In this document: one piece after another, positions 17,908-26,488 of the stretch
How positions within the stretch are numbered: position 1 is the stretch's first letter
How the letters are laid out: every line of letters begins with the position of its first letter
Origin: a virus
Lineage: Duplodnaviria; Caudoviricetes
Strand: one strand, 5' to 3'
Length of the DNA: 27,721 nucleotides
Virus record (IMG/VR): IMGVR_UViG_3300008093_000049
Location: 1-27,721 of that record
The notes under the pieces: model-generated
The model's input: the letters and a program-made list of their open reading frames with translations, nothing else
Database searches by the model: none
Told to the model about the DNA's origin: nothing
Made by a program: the position numbers and the translations under genes

Positions 17908-18182
17908 CTTCTTCCTGCCACTAATTGAACAGCGCGCTCAAACCATCTAGCACCCTGTTTGGTTGCACTACCAAAATAAACAAATGGTGCATATGGGGCA
18001 TCATTTTTAAGTATAAAACCTTTTTCATCTTCAATTAATTGATTTCTAGATACTAAAAATCCACTTTTAATTGGAGTTAATTTGTTGGCTTCTGTTAACA
18101 CTTCTTCAGCAAATTTTTTAGTAGCATTTCTATTTATTTCTTTTAAATGCTCTGCTAATTGATTAACTTTAATTTTAGCCAT
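17904..18182 (-). CDS. HK97 gp10-like neck / tail completion protein
   Basis: TPIKSGFL...NDAPYAPFVYFGS..QGARWF. The start is better placed at ATG 18182 (TAATG overlap). Confidence 0.8.
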   Translation of the reverse strand: MAKIKVNQLAEHLKEINRNATKKFAEEVLTEANKLTPIKSGFLVSRNQLIEDEKGFILKNDAPYAPFVYFGSATKQGARWFERAVQLVAGRR

Positions 18183-18544
18183 TACAATCTTCCGCAATAT
18201 ATGGTGTATTCGGCATCAGCAGTAATATCAACGCCTTTTACTTCCCATCTAATATTATTGTGTATTAAATGACTGTTTGTATCTACATTTACCCCTGCTG
18301 AATTAACATAAAAGATAAAGTCTACATCTTTAAATTGAGGTTCGTTTCTATCTTTCTGCTTAACGCTGGCTTTTAATCCTTTAACTACTTGAGGCGCGCT
18401 AACTGCTAATACAGGATCAGCTAAAGCACTTGTTTCAATAACACCTGGAGTAAAAATGCTGATAGTATATTCAACACTAGGAAAAACACCCGCAATGCCA
18501 GAATGAATAACATTTTTAACTAGATCATTAACATCAATACTCAT
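18182..18544 (-). CDS. Putative head-closure protein
   Basis: 120 aa, beta-rich, positioned after the adaptor with an ATGA overlap. Confidence 0.6.
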   Translation of the reverse strand: MSIDVNDLVKNVIHSGIAGVFPSVEYTISIFTPGVIETSALADPVLAVSAPQVVKGLKASVKQKDRNEPQFKDVDFIFYVNSAGVNVDTNSHLIHNNIRWEVKGVDITADAEYTIYCGRL

Positions 18545-19107
18545 CTAACACCCTGATATATTTTAAAGCTAGAACCACTAGTATTAAGACTACTAGTTAA
18601 ACTGCCATATTTCTTTAAGTATTCATTAACACGATTACTAATTTGATACATGTCACCAAACACTTCATTTGTGTCTCTAAAAGTAACACTTAACTCACCC
18701 ACTTGTGTTGATTTAACAGCAGTAAATGGTTGTGCAGTTTCTCTATTAACACTATTAAGTTCAATACTTGTAATAGCAGCCGCAATCTGCACTGCAAGAG
18801 GTATTTCGTTGTTTGGTAAAAGTGTATTACTGTTATTGCATGTAGCATAAATGCCTTCTATTGGCACATTATCACGAGCCCAGTCTAACCCTTGAATTGC
18901 AACTGTTTTACTTCCAAGCCAAGTATAAGCATTGTCAATAACGGCTGCGCTTCTAATTAATAAGCTTTGTTGAACATCGGCACTTAAAGCAACCCATGTA
19001 TCACCTTCGCTTTTACTTGCATATGTATAAATTAAGTCACTAGCCGAGCTAACTGAAATATAGCTATTAGCACTACTGCTGGATATATCTGTGTTAAATG
19101 CAATCAT
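18541..19107 (-). CDS. Head-tail adaptor (DnaT-like-annotated phage family)
   Basis: ANSYISV...W..L...LLIRSA..ID...WLGSK....QGLDWAR...IPLAVQIA, plus QVGELSVTF. Confidence 0.8.
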   Translation of the reverse strand: MIAFNTDISSSSANSYISVSSASDLIYTYASKSEGDTWVALSADVQQSLLIRSAAVIDNAYTWLGSKTVAIQGLDWARDNVPIEGIYATCNNSNTLLPNNEIPLAVQIAAAITSIELNSVNRETAQPFTAVKSTQVGELSVTFRDTNEVFGDMYQISNRVNEYLKKYGSLTSSLNTSGSSFKIYQGVR

Positions 19108-19120
19108 AGTTAACTCCTAA

Positions 19121-19150
19121 AATAATAAAAGAGGAGTTTCCCCCTCTTTT
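19121..19150 (-). terminator. Intrinsic terminator after the major capsid gene
   Basis: Minus strand AAAAGAGGGG-GAAA-CTCCTCTTTT followed by ATTATTTT, with a GNRA loop. Confidence 0.8.
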
Positions 19151-19178
19151 ATTTATTACGCATATCAATAAATTAATA

Positions 19179-20156
19179 TTAGTTTTTATGAACGCAAATT
19201 ACGTATGGGTATTGACGTGCTAGAGGATAAGAATTTTGCCAATTGGTTGTAGTTGCAATTTCATCATTTGTTGGGCTGTTAGCAGCAGGAGTACCTACCC
19301 ACTTTGTTCCCTTTAAATGCATAAAGTAACGTCTACGTGTAATCAATCTGGATAGTGAGCTTTTACCTTCACGTTCTACTTCGGTCATAACCATACCATT
19401 AACGCCATCGGGATGAACATTAACAATAACTGATTCAGGAGCAAATGCAAAAGTTGCATAAGCATTAAAGTTAGCTGTAGCTGAAACAACCCAAGTTGGA
19501 GCAACTGCGTCGTCAACTAATAGTGTTAAGCCTCTCCAAACACCAAAAGGTGCACCTTCGCTGGCTCGTTCAAAAGTAATTTCGTTGTTAGCTTCCATAA
19601 CAGTGTATGTGTCACTGTGAACAACCAAATGTGTAAACTTCAAATATTGGTCGCCCATTATTTTACGTGTTTCTAACCAGTTGTCAACGTTGAAGCCACT
19701 ATTAACATTGCCAGTAACATCATTAACTAGGAAACTAAAAGCGGAGCTTCTAGCAACACCAGTTAATACTGATTTTAAGTCTGCTGAATAACGATCAACC
19801 CAATAAGTATCACGTATAAAGCTTTCAAGTTGTCCTACAGGATCAGCACCTGCGTTGTATTTTGCAATGTCAAAGTCAGCAAAGCTTTTAGCACGTTCAC
19901 GTATAATAGCAAATTCGCTTGAGCTTGTTATTGGGGTATCTGTTAGATCAGTACCACCCACCATTACTTCATCATCACTTGATGGTTCATTAAAATATCT
20001 AACAGTAACGGAGTTTCCACCTTCTGCTAGGTTTGCAAGTTGCATGTTAGCTACTACGGGTGAAGTAACAACACGACGTGCGTTTGGAGTAGGAAGAACA
20101 GTATATTCACTGAACTGTTCTGGTATAATTATATTAACTAGGTTTGTACCTGCCAT
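19179..20156 (-). CDS. Major capsid protein
   Basis: 325 aa after the scaffold, with IIPEQFSEY, RAKSF..D...GADP, VVHSDTY, GLTLLVDD and LITRRRYFMHLKG. Followed by a terminator. Confidence 0.9.
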   Translation of the reverse strand: MAGTNLVNIIIPEQFSEYTVLPTPNARRVVTSPVVANMQLANLAEGGNSVTVRYFNEPSSDDEVMVGGTDLTDTPITSSSEFAIIRERAKSFADFDIAKYNAGADPVGQLESFIRDTYWVDRYSADLKSVLTGVARSSAFSFLVNDVTGNVNSGFNVDNWLETRKIMGDQYLKFTHLVVHSDTYTVMEANNEITFERASEGAPFGVWRGLTLLVDDAVAPTWVVSATANFNAYATFAFAPESVIVNVHPDGVNGMVMTEVEREGKSSLSRLITRRRYFMHLKGTKWVGTPAANSPTNDEIATTTNWQNSYPLARQYPYVICVHKN

Positions 20157-20177
20157 TTTTCAATTCCTTTTAAAAGT

Positions 20178-20846
20178 TTATGTTTTTTTAGCTTGTGCTT
20201 TGAGTTTTTCAGCTAGTGCAGGATCTTTGCGAATTAGTTCATTCTGTTGGGTTCTATTGCCAGTAACAAACGGGTTATTCTCATTAACTACACTATTGTT
20301 ACTAAAGCTACCACCAGTAAGACCACTTCCAGTTGTTTTATTGCTTTTAAAAGCCACGCTGTAAGCAGCATTTTGTTTAAATTCTTCAACTAAATCGCTA
20401 ACTTCTGCTAATTCACCATTAGCTCTTTTAACAATATTACCCAAAGAATCCGTTACCACTACTTTTTGAACGCCTTCATGTTCTACAATTTTTACTCTGC
20501 TTTTTAAATGCGGTTCTAAAAGTTCAGTATAAGCATTATTTTTATTTAATGCTTCACGAATATGAGTTGTTTTAGTTAATTCCTCGTATTGGTTTCTATA
20601 TTGGTTTACAGTTGTGTCTTTTGCAGCACGTTCCTGTTCCAATAACCTACGGGTTTCTTCTAATTCAGCTCTTGTTTTTTCTACTTCACTTAAGGGCTCA
20701 CGCATTTTAGCTTTTGTATTAACCAAGTCCTTTTTAACGTTCTCGTTTTCGTCTGCTAATTTAAGCATTGCATTCAACTTTTCTAACCCACTAGTTAATT
20801 GATTAATTAACTCAGGGTCAAATCCCTTGTTATCTTCTTCACTCAT
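20178..20846 (-). CDS. Capsid scaffolding protein
   Basis: Coiled-coil N-terminal half and a GSGLTGG...NPF..GNRTQQNELIRKDPALAEKLKAQA C-terminus typical of scaffolds. Confidence 0.85.
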   Translation of the reverse strand: MSEEDNKGFDPELINQLTSGLEKLNAMLKLADENENVKKDLVNTKAKMREPLSEVEKTRAELEETRRLLEQERAAKDTTVNQYRNQYEELTKTTHIREALNKNNAYTELLEPHLKSRVKIVEHEGVQKVVVTDSLGNIVKRANGELAEVSDLVEEFKQNAAYSVAFKSNKTTGSGLTGGSFSNNSVVNENNPFVTGNRTQQNELIRKDPALAEKLKAQAKKT

Positions 20847-20907
20847 TTTGTTTCCTTCGTACCACTCTAGAAAATATAATAGTTTTGTACCACGCCACTA
20901 TTACTGT

Positions 20908-20915
20908 TATTTATA
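20908..20915 (-). promoter_or_regulatory. T4-type late promoter TATAAATA
   Basis: Exact match in the portal-scaffold gap, upstream of scaffold and capsid. Confidence 0.8.
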
Positions 20916-20920
20916 TAGTA

Positions 20921-22420
20921 TTATTGATTTACATCAATTGGTCTGTTATTTAACCCGCCTGGTAGTTCTCCGGATGTGTTTAATTCACTATCATCATCAA
21001 GTATATTACGTCTTTTACTTTCTTTTAAGTAAGTATCTCTGTCAATAATACCTTGCGCATACATATTTGTTACATATTGGAAGTTAGCAGTTTCTGGAAC
21101 AATACTATCTTCAGTGTTTAAATTAACACCTGTAGTAAATGCGGGTATACTTCTATCATATAAGCGCATTAATTCAAATCCTTGATTAATAGCACTTTCT
21201 AATATTCTAATATTAGCACCCGGCACAACACCGCTTTCAATTTTGTTTAATATAGCACTTGTAGCAGTTATTTGGCTGCTGTTCTTTTGATTGTAGTATT
21301 CGCCACTAATAATACTCATCTTTTCTTCAATATCTTTTATTTCATTCATACCAGCGTTAATACTAGCACCTGAATGTTCAACAAACTTTAAATCTCCAGA
21401 ATCTGGACCACCAATAATCATACCTGCTGTTATTGGAATTGTTTCATGTTCACTACCAGTATTCATTCCTTTAGCAAACATTATGGGAACTCTAGCATAA
21501 TGATTAATGTTTATTTGGTCACTATAACTTTGGTAATGACGTAAATTTAATTCTGCTAGGTTTAAATATAAGGGTTTAGATATCATAAAACCCAATTGAT
21601 TTAAGTTAAGAGTAACTATTGGAATAAAACCCAATCTGTTTGGCACAACATTAACTAGTTCAACAACTTCAGCACTTGATGCAGTTAATTTACTTCTATA
21701 AACTTGAATAACATCTTTGCTATATACAACGTATTCTTTGTATTTTTTAACTCCAAAAGCTCCTTCCTGTATGTCAACATATCTTACAAAACGTATTTGT
21801 GTTAACTCCATATTGCCATTGTTGAACTCATAATTCCAACCATACAAATTATTAGCAGGTATATGAACAAAGTAGGGTCTATTTAAATCGCCTTCCTGTA
21901 TGTCATCATAAAGTGTTCTATTTGGACTTAATTGCGGGTTTTCAACTAGATAAAAACTAATACCATTAATATTTGCATCTTTGTAAAAGTTAATAGCCCA
22001 ATTTTCCAAATTGGTTCCAGTCATATCAATATTTTGACAGTAGTCCTGTATTTTTGTTGGAACATCAAGACCCCATGTAACTCCATGTCTAAACGGAATT
22101 AAACTAATTTTATCAATAAAGTTACCATACACATTATATAAAACACTTCTACGTAATCTTAACTCATATAACTCATTACTTTCGCCCAAGTTCTTTGGAA
22201 GATAGAGAGTAGTATTTTCTTTTAAGTAATCATTACCTTTGTATAGTGCATTTGGAATATCTCTCCAATACTTCATAACTAAAAAGTCTTCATTTACAAA
22301 CTGTGGTTGATGCGGATCATTTGTTATTTCAACTTGATTTTGATTACTAGTAGCACGTTCGCGTTCATAATAGTTTCTAACAGCAAAGTTATCTTTGCGA
22401 CCCACCCAAACATCTGTCAT
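20921..22420 (-). CDS. Portal protein (DUF4055-type)
   Basis: YLPK..GES...Y..RL.RSVLYN, NIDMTG, RPYFVHI, IPIV and PLYLNLAELNLRHYQSYSD. Confidence 0.9.
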   Translation of the reverse strand: MTDVWVGRKDNFAVRNYYERERATSNQNQVEITNDPHQPQFVNEDFLVMKYWRDIPNALYKGNDYLKENTTLYLPKNLGESNELYELRLRRSVLYNVYGNFIDKISLIPFRHGVTWGLDVPTKIQDYCQNIDMTGTNLENWAINFYKDANINGISFYLVENPQLSPNRTLYDDIQEGDLNRPYFVHIPANNLYGWNYEFNNGNMELTQIRFVRYVDIQEGAFGVKKYKEYVVYSKDVIQVYRSKLTASSAEVVELVNVVPNRLGFIPIVTLNLNQLGFMISKPLYLNLAELNLRHYQSYSDQININHYARVPIMFAKGMNTGSEHETIPITAGMIIGGPDSGDLKFVEHSGASINAGMNEIKDIEEKMSIISGEYYNQKNSSQITATSAILNKIESGVVPGANIRILESAINQGFELMRLYDRSIPAFTTGVNLNTEDSIVPETANFQYVTNMYAQGIIDRDTYLKESKRRNILDDDSELNTSGELPGGLNNRPIDVNQ

Positions 22421-23682
22421 AATTTCAATTCTCCAAAGTTAAAGTTTTTATTAACCATTGGATACGCATAATGTGTTGCGTATCTTAATGCGTCACCAAT
22501 GTGATCATAACCTTTTGTTTTGTCAGGTCCGCCATTAGCTGAGTATTCGTGTTTTCTAAAAGTAGTAATTAATTCTTTACATTTACTATTTACATATAAT
22601 CTTCTAGTTTTATTAGCATTATATAATAACCCATTAACTTCGTTAATACTGTCCTCTACACGCGGATTATGTCGCATATCATGGAATCTAAATCCCTTGC
22701 TTTTAATAATATCAAAGTCAGTTGTTAAACTGCTGCTTTTTGTATTTCTACCCGATGCGTCTGGTACTATAACAGTCCTTTGTCGAACTTTTTCTGGTAA
22801 TATTTTTAATAAATGATCCATCATTTCAAAAGTATTTGAGTTATACAATACTACTTCATCAACAACGTGTAATTCGCGTTTAGTTATATCCTTCTTACAA
22901 ATAACAGCACACATTTTGGCCACGTTAAAGTCAAGTCCAATTATAGTTTCATCCCGGGAATCTAATTCAAAACTGTTGTCATAATTAATGTTGTCATCGC
23001 TAAATGCATAATATATTTGTGAAAAACTGCTGTTAAATTGCGCTTCGTATTCCTGAGCAAACTGTAAAAAGCCCATTTCGTCTCTAGCTTTTTGTATTTC
23101 TTCTTTACTTAAAATACCAGCATCTACACTACTGCAATGAAAGCTAGTCCAATCTGTGTATTGCGGATTATTACTCACCCCATTTTGATAAAAATCATAA
23201 AACATGTCATAGCCATTTGGTGTTGAATAAACGTCCAAGCTGGCATTTTTATCTGATAGTGCAGGTCTTAACATAGTCCAAACATAATCTTGATTTTCAA
23301 AAAACGCAAATTCATCTAATACAACGTGATCCAACCCCAACATACTACCTCTTAAGCTGTCTGGATTACTAGCACCTTTTAGTGTTATTTGACTGTTATT
23401 TTTAAGAACTATTTTAAGTTCACTTTCATATGTTCTTTTTATTAAGCTGGGATGATAAAACATTTTAAGACTAGTCCATAAAATGTTTTTAACTGCACCA
23501 TAAGTAGGTCCCACATACCAAATATTTTTATTAAAGGCGGGAGTGCCATCATCATTTACCCTAGCTTTTCTATCCATCCTGCACATAGCAGTTGTGCTTT
23601 TACCACTTCGTCTGCCTAAACAGCCAATAGTAAATCTGCTTTTGTTTTTAAATATTAAACTTTGATTGTAAGTTAACTGCAT
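22417..23682 (-). CDS. terL: Terminase large subunit
   Basis: Walker A GRRSGKS, Walker B HVVLDE, STPNG, and nuclease motifs GLDFN, PDASG and DHIGDALRY. Confidence 0.96.
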   Translation of the reverse strand: MQLTYNQSLIFKNKSRFTIGCLGRRSGKSTTAMCRMDRKARVNDDGTPAFNKNIWYVGPTYGAVKNILWTSLKMFYHPSLIKRTYESELKIVLKNNSQITLKGASNPDSLRGSMLGLDHVVLDEFAFFENQDYVWTMLRPALSDKNASLDVYSTPNGYDMFYDFYQNGVSNNPQYTDWTSFHCSSVDAGILSKEEIQKARDEMGFLQFAQEYEAQFNSSFSQIYYAFSDDNINYDNSFELDSRDETIIGLDFNVAKMCAVICKKDITKRELHVVDEVVLYNSNTFEMMDHLLKILPEKVRQRTVIVPDASGRNTKSSSLTTDFDIIKSKGFRFHDMRHNPRVEDSINEVNGLLYNANKTRRLYVNSKCKELITTFRKHEYSANGGPDKTKGYDHIGDALRYATHYAYPMVNKNFNFGELKL

Positions 23683-24035
23683 TAATCATCTTTAACATCT
23701 GGGTGAATTGACACTTGGGGTAATAGCGCAATAACATCATTGTCGGTATCCATATTACGTCTTGGTGGCAATAATCCATGTTGCATTCTGCCCAATACAT
23801 TATCAAGCAATGTCATCCAAGCACCTGCCGATTTATGATCGCCCATAGCTTTTGCATTTTGAAACATTTCATAACAATCTTTGGCGACTTGAGCTGTAGC
23901 AACAAACGGGTTTATTTCTTCGTTAATGCAAGCATCAACCCACGCTTTTTGTTCACTTAAGGTGCTGTAATTTAAAACACCTCTAACTCTACCAACACCA
24001 AATTTGGGTTTAGTATTGTATCTTGGTTTAGTCAT
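23682..24035 (-). CDS. Putative terminase small subunit
   Basis: 117 aa immediately upstream of TerL (TAATG overlap), with a GRVRGVLN basic motif. Confidence 0.6.
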   Translation of the reverse strand: MTKPRYNTKPKFGVGRVRGVLNYSTLSEQKAWVDACINEEINPFVATAQVAKDCYEMFQNAKAMGDHKSAGAWMTLLDNVLGRMQHGLLPPRRNMDTDNDVIALLPQVSIHPDVKDD

Positions 24036-24096
24036 TTGCGTTTTCCGCTGTATTTACTGCTGTTTCTTTCTTTGATGCGGGTGTTTTTGATTTCAT
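24028..24096 (-). CDS. 22-aa leader ORF MKSKTPASKKETAVNTAENAND
   Basis: First ATG with a plausible RBS (AAGG) after the late promoter. Its stop overlaps the TerS start (ATGACTAA). Confidence 0.4.
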   Translation of the reverse strand: MKSKTPASKKETAVNTAENAND

Positions 24097-24132
24097 ATAT
24101 CTGCCTTTTCCTTAATTTTTATGCCCTATCAC

Positions 24133-24146
24133 ACATATTTATACGC
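24133..24146 (-). promoter_or_regulatory. T4-type late promoter at the head of the morphogenesis operon
   Basis: GCG-TATAAATA-TGT with the box at 24143-24136, identical to 17431-17444. Confidence 0.85.
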
Positions 24147-24182
24147 AAATCAAAATAATTAGCGTTATAGTTAAAATAATGT

Positions 24183-24211
24183 TTGACTTATGCGTATAAC
24201 TGCGTTATTAT
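24183..24211 (+). promoter_or_regulatory. sigma70-type promoter
   Basis: TTGACT-17 nt-TATTAT, followed by AAGGAG and the ATG at 24242. Confidence 0.75.
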
Positions 24212-24241
24212 ATTTTTACTTAACAAACAAGGAGAACAAAT

Positions 24242-24610
24242 ATGTTAAAGAACTTAACCACCAGTCAAATAGAGGATATACATGATATACTTGATGACAT
24301 GAAAAACTTACCTCACCGTCAATTTAAGAAAAATCATTATGGTATGATTAAAATAATTGATAAAGCACGTCTTGATTTAAAGTGCTCAAATGGATTAGGT
24401 ACACATTCGCATGATGATTTAATTGACACATTTAATATGAACTTTGTAGTAATTCCCAAAATACTGCGCCGTGTTAGCACACCCGCTTATACCAAAGATA
24501 TTAAATTTGTAGAGCTAGTAGCGCATTATAACCAAAATGACGTAATGACTTATAATTTATGGAAATTAACTAGTTTTGCATTTTTCTATTGGAATGACAA
24601 GTATATTTGA
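24242..24610 (+). CDS. Hypothetical protein
   Basis: 122 aa with a strong RBS and promoter. Confidence 0.75.
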   Translation: MLKNLTTSQIEDIHDILDDMKNLPHRQFKKNHYGMIKIIDKARLDLKCSNGLGTHSHDDLIDTFNMNFVVIPKILRRVSTPAYTKDIKFVELVAHYNQNDVMTYNLWKLTSFAFFYWNDKYI

Positions 24611-24620
24611 GGAGAAACAA

Positions 24621-24986
24621 ATGGCATTTGAACGAGAATTAAAAGAAAAAGTTGATACAATATTAACCAATACACCTGCAAAATATGTATTTCCCGTAAT
24701 ACACAGAAATGGTGAATTAGAAACAGAACTAGCGGACAATTTAGGTTATATAATATTAAAAATTAATAATCATCATGTGGATACTACAGATGGTATGTGT
24801 GATTATACTGTTAGTGGGTCAATTCTTTTTAGAGATAACACACAACTAACACAAATAGCCAACTTTAACTTAATGTTTGAAATAGAATATAACAGTGATG
24901 ATGAGTTTATTACTATGATAAATCAAATGGATTTAACTTTAACAAAGTCGATTCAATCATTAAACGTATTATTAAAAATCACATAA
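24621..24986 (+). CDS. Hypothetical protein
   Basis: GAGGAG precedes the ATG at 24621, which I prefer over the track start at 24576. Confidence 0.75.
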   Translation: MAFERELKEKVDTILTNTPAKYVFPVIHRNGELETELADNLGYIILKINNHHVDTTDGMCDYTVSGSILFRDNTQLTQIANFNLMFEIEYNSDDEFITMINQMDLTLTKSIQSLNVLLKIT

Positions 24987-24995
24987 GGAGAAATA

Positions 24996-25181
24996 ATGAA
25001 CAGTGAAGTAGCACAAAGAATGAGAGAATTAGGAATTAGCTTAAAAGATATTGGCTTTGTATTTGGTGTATGTGATAGAACAGTCAGCAAATACACAACA
25101 TTACCTGTAAGCATACCAAAATACAAAAAGAAACGTAAACCAGGTGCAGGTGATATAAGCAGATTAATAAAGAGTGTTTAA
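24996..25181 (+). CDS. Small helix-turn-helix DNA-binding protein
   Basis: MRELGISLKDIGFVFGVCDRTVSKY HTH pattern, basic tail and AAGGAG RBS. Confidence 0.8.
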   Translation: MNSEVAQRMRELGISLKDIGFVFGVCDRTVSKYTTLPVSIPKYKKKRKPGAGDISRLIKSV

Positions 25182-25278
25182 GATTACAATATATGAATTC
25201 GTATTTTAAAAAGAATACCCATTAGCCTATTATAGGGCGTGTATCGTGAACATGTCCATTCTCCTTAAAGAAAAACAA

Positions 25279-25355
25279 ATTCCTGCAGAAGTGCCTGGCT
25301 AAATGGGTCCATTGGTTAAGACGGGGCGATGCAGGGAATCAGCGCGGGAACTGCG
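25279..25355 (+). ncRNA. Candidate structured RNA element (unclassified)
   Basis: GC-rich intergenic island with nested stems ATTCCTGCA/TGCAGGGAAT, TGCCT/GGGCG and AATG-GGTC-CATT, plus CGCGG-GAA-CTGCG. Confidence 0.4.
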
Positions 25356-25374
25356 AGAGTGCCACTTTTAATGC

Positions 25375-25402
25375 TTGACTTAACGCGCTAAGTGTGTATA
25401 AT
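25375..25402 (+). promoter_or_regulatory. sigma70-type promoter
   Basis: TTGACT-16 nt-TATAAT. Confidence 0.8.
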
Positions 25403-25451
25403 AAACATATAGCGCAACACAACGTTAGCGCATAGCAAAGAGGTACACAAC

Positions 25452-25583
25452 ATGGCACTGTATAAGACTGACAACAAACTTCCAGATGATGATTGGGAAA
25501 AGGAAATTGGGGAAGAACACAAAAACTTATATAACATCTACAAGCTAACTTATACGTTAAAAACCGTAAAAGAAACTGCGTAA
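25452..25583 (+). CDS. 43-aa hypothetical protein (MALYKTDNKLPDDDWEKE...)
   Basis: GAGG RBS, first ORF after the promoter. Below the ORF-track cutoff. Confidence 0.65.
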   Translation: MALYKTDNKLPDDDWEKEIGEEHKNLYNIYKLTYTLKTVKETA

Positions 25584-25621
25584 TAACAATATTAGAACAA
25601 CAATCAAATAAGGAAATTAAA

Positions 25622-26488
25622 ATGGCAGTTTATATTATAAATTATAAACCAGATGAGCCTGTAAAAAGGGCTAAAAGAAATAAGATTCATCAAGAACAAA
25701 TAAAATGGTATTTGGAACATACAGATTTACCAATTGAAATAGTTGCTATGAACTATATTCAATCTGATTATATTAATCACCCAAGAATAACATACTTCAC
25801 ACATAAAGAACGCGCACTAGCTAATGAAGTAAGAGCATTATATTTTAAAGAACGCTTTTACAAACAGGAAAGTCCTTGGGCAATATTTGCGGATGATGAT
25901 ACTTATCTCTATAGTGAAAGTTGGGAAAAACATTGCGATGGTGCAACATTTATAAGAGATATTTGTAAGGATCCCAATAAATTTAATGATACACCCATAA
26001 TATGGCCCGGTAAACCAAACGAACATCCATACTATCATAAAATAGAACCAGAATTATACAAAAACTACTTTGTGTTTGACAGAACTAAATTAGCCAAAAC
26101 AAGTTTTTGCTTTGTTAGAAAAAGAAGTGACATAGTATTTTGGGAAGGAAGCAAAGAACGTTATGCAGGTGAAGAACTACAATTTTGTTACGACAATTAT
26201 ATAGCAGGTATTCCTTCCTATACTTGTTACAATATTGGTAAGAAACACGATGACAGTAACAACAGGGGTTGGATTGAGCTAGTTGACAACGTGGAGACTG
26301 AAAAGAATGACTTGTTTGAATTTGAAGTTACAGATAGTGTTACAAGTAGAGGTTTAAATAATTCAAATAAAAATTTAGATCAAAAATACAAAAAATTGGA
26401 TTTTTATACTGATGGTAAAAAACATAATTTAGGTAAATTAGAACAATACATCCTTGCTCACCCAAAAAATATAAGGATTAAAAAATGA
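25622..26488 (+). CDS. Putative GT-A fold glycosyltransferase
   Basis: N-terminal strand AVYIINY, WAIFADDD (DxD motif) and GEELQF resembling the ED motif. Adjacent to an epimerase. Confidence 0.6.
   Translation: MAVYIINYKPDEPVKRAKRNKIHQEQIKWYLEHTDLPIEIVAMNYIQSDYINHPRITYFTHKERALANEVRALYFKERFYKQESPWAIFADDDTYLYSESWEKHCDGATFIRDICKDPNKFNDTPIIWPGKPNEHPYYHKIEPELYKNYFVFDRTKLAKTSFCFVRKRSDIVFWEGSKERYAGEELQFCYDNYIAGIPSYTCYNIGKKHDDSNNRGWIELVDNVETEKNDLFEFEVTDSVTSRGLNNSNKNLDQKYKKLDFYTDGKKHNLGKLEQYILAHPKNIRIKK

Noticed and set aside
18541-19107. Replication protein DnaT
   Set aside because: The family label is misleading here. Position right after the capsid gene indicates a head-tail adaptor.
4078-23960. 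Many plus-strand ORFs inside the structural operon (e.g. 12884-13417, 19855-20364)
   Set aside because: They are antisense shadows of well-supported minus-strand genes, with no recognisable motifs.
25279-25355. tRNA or twister/HDV-like ribozyme
   Set aside because: There is no cloverleaf or T-loop, and I could not place the conserved catalytic motifs.
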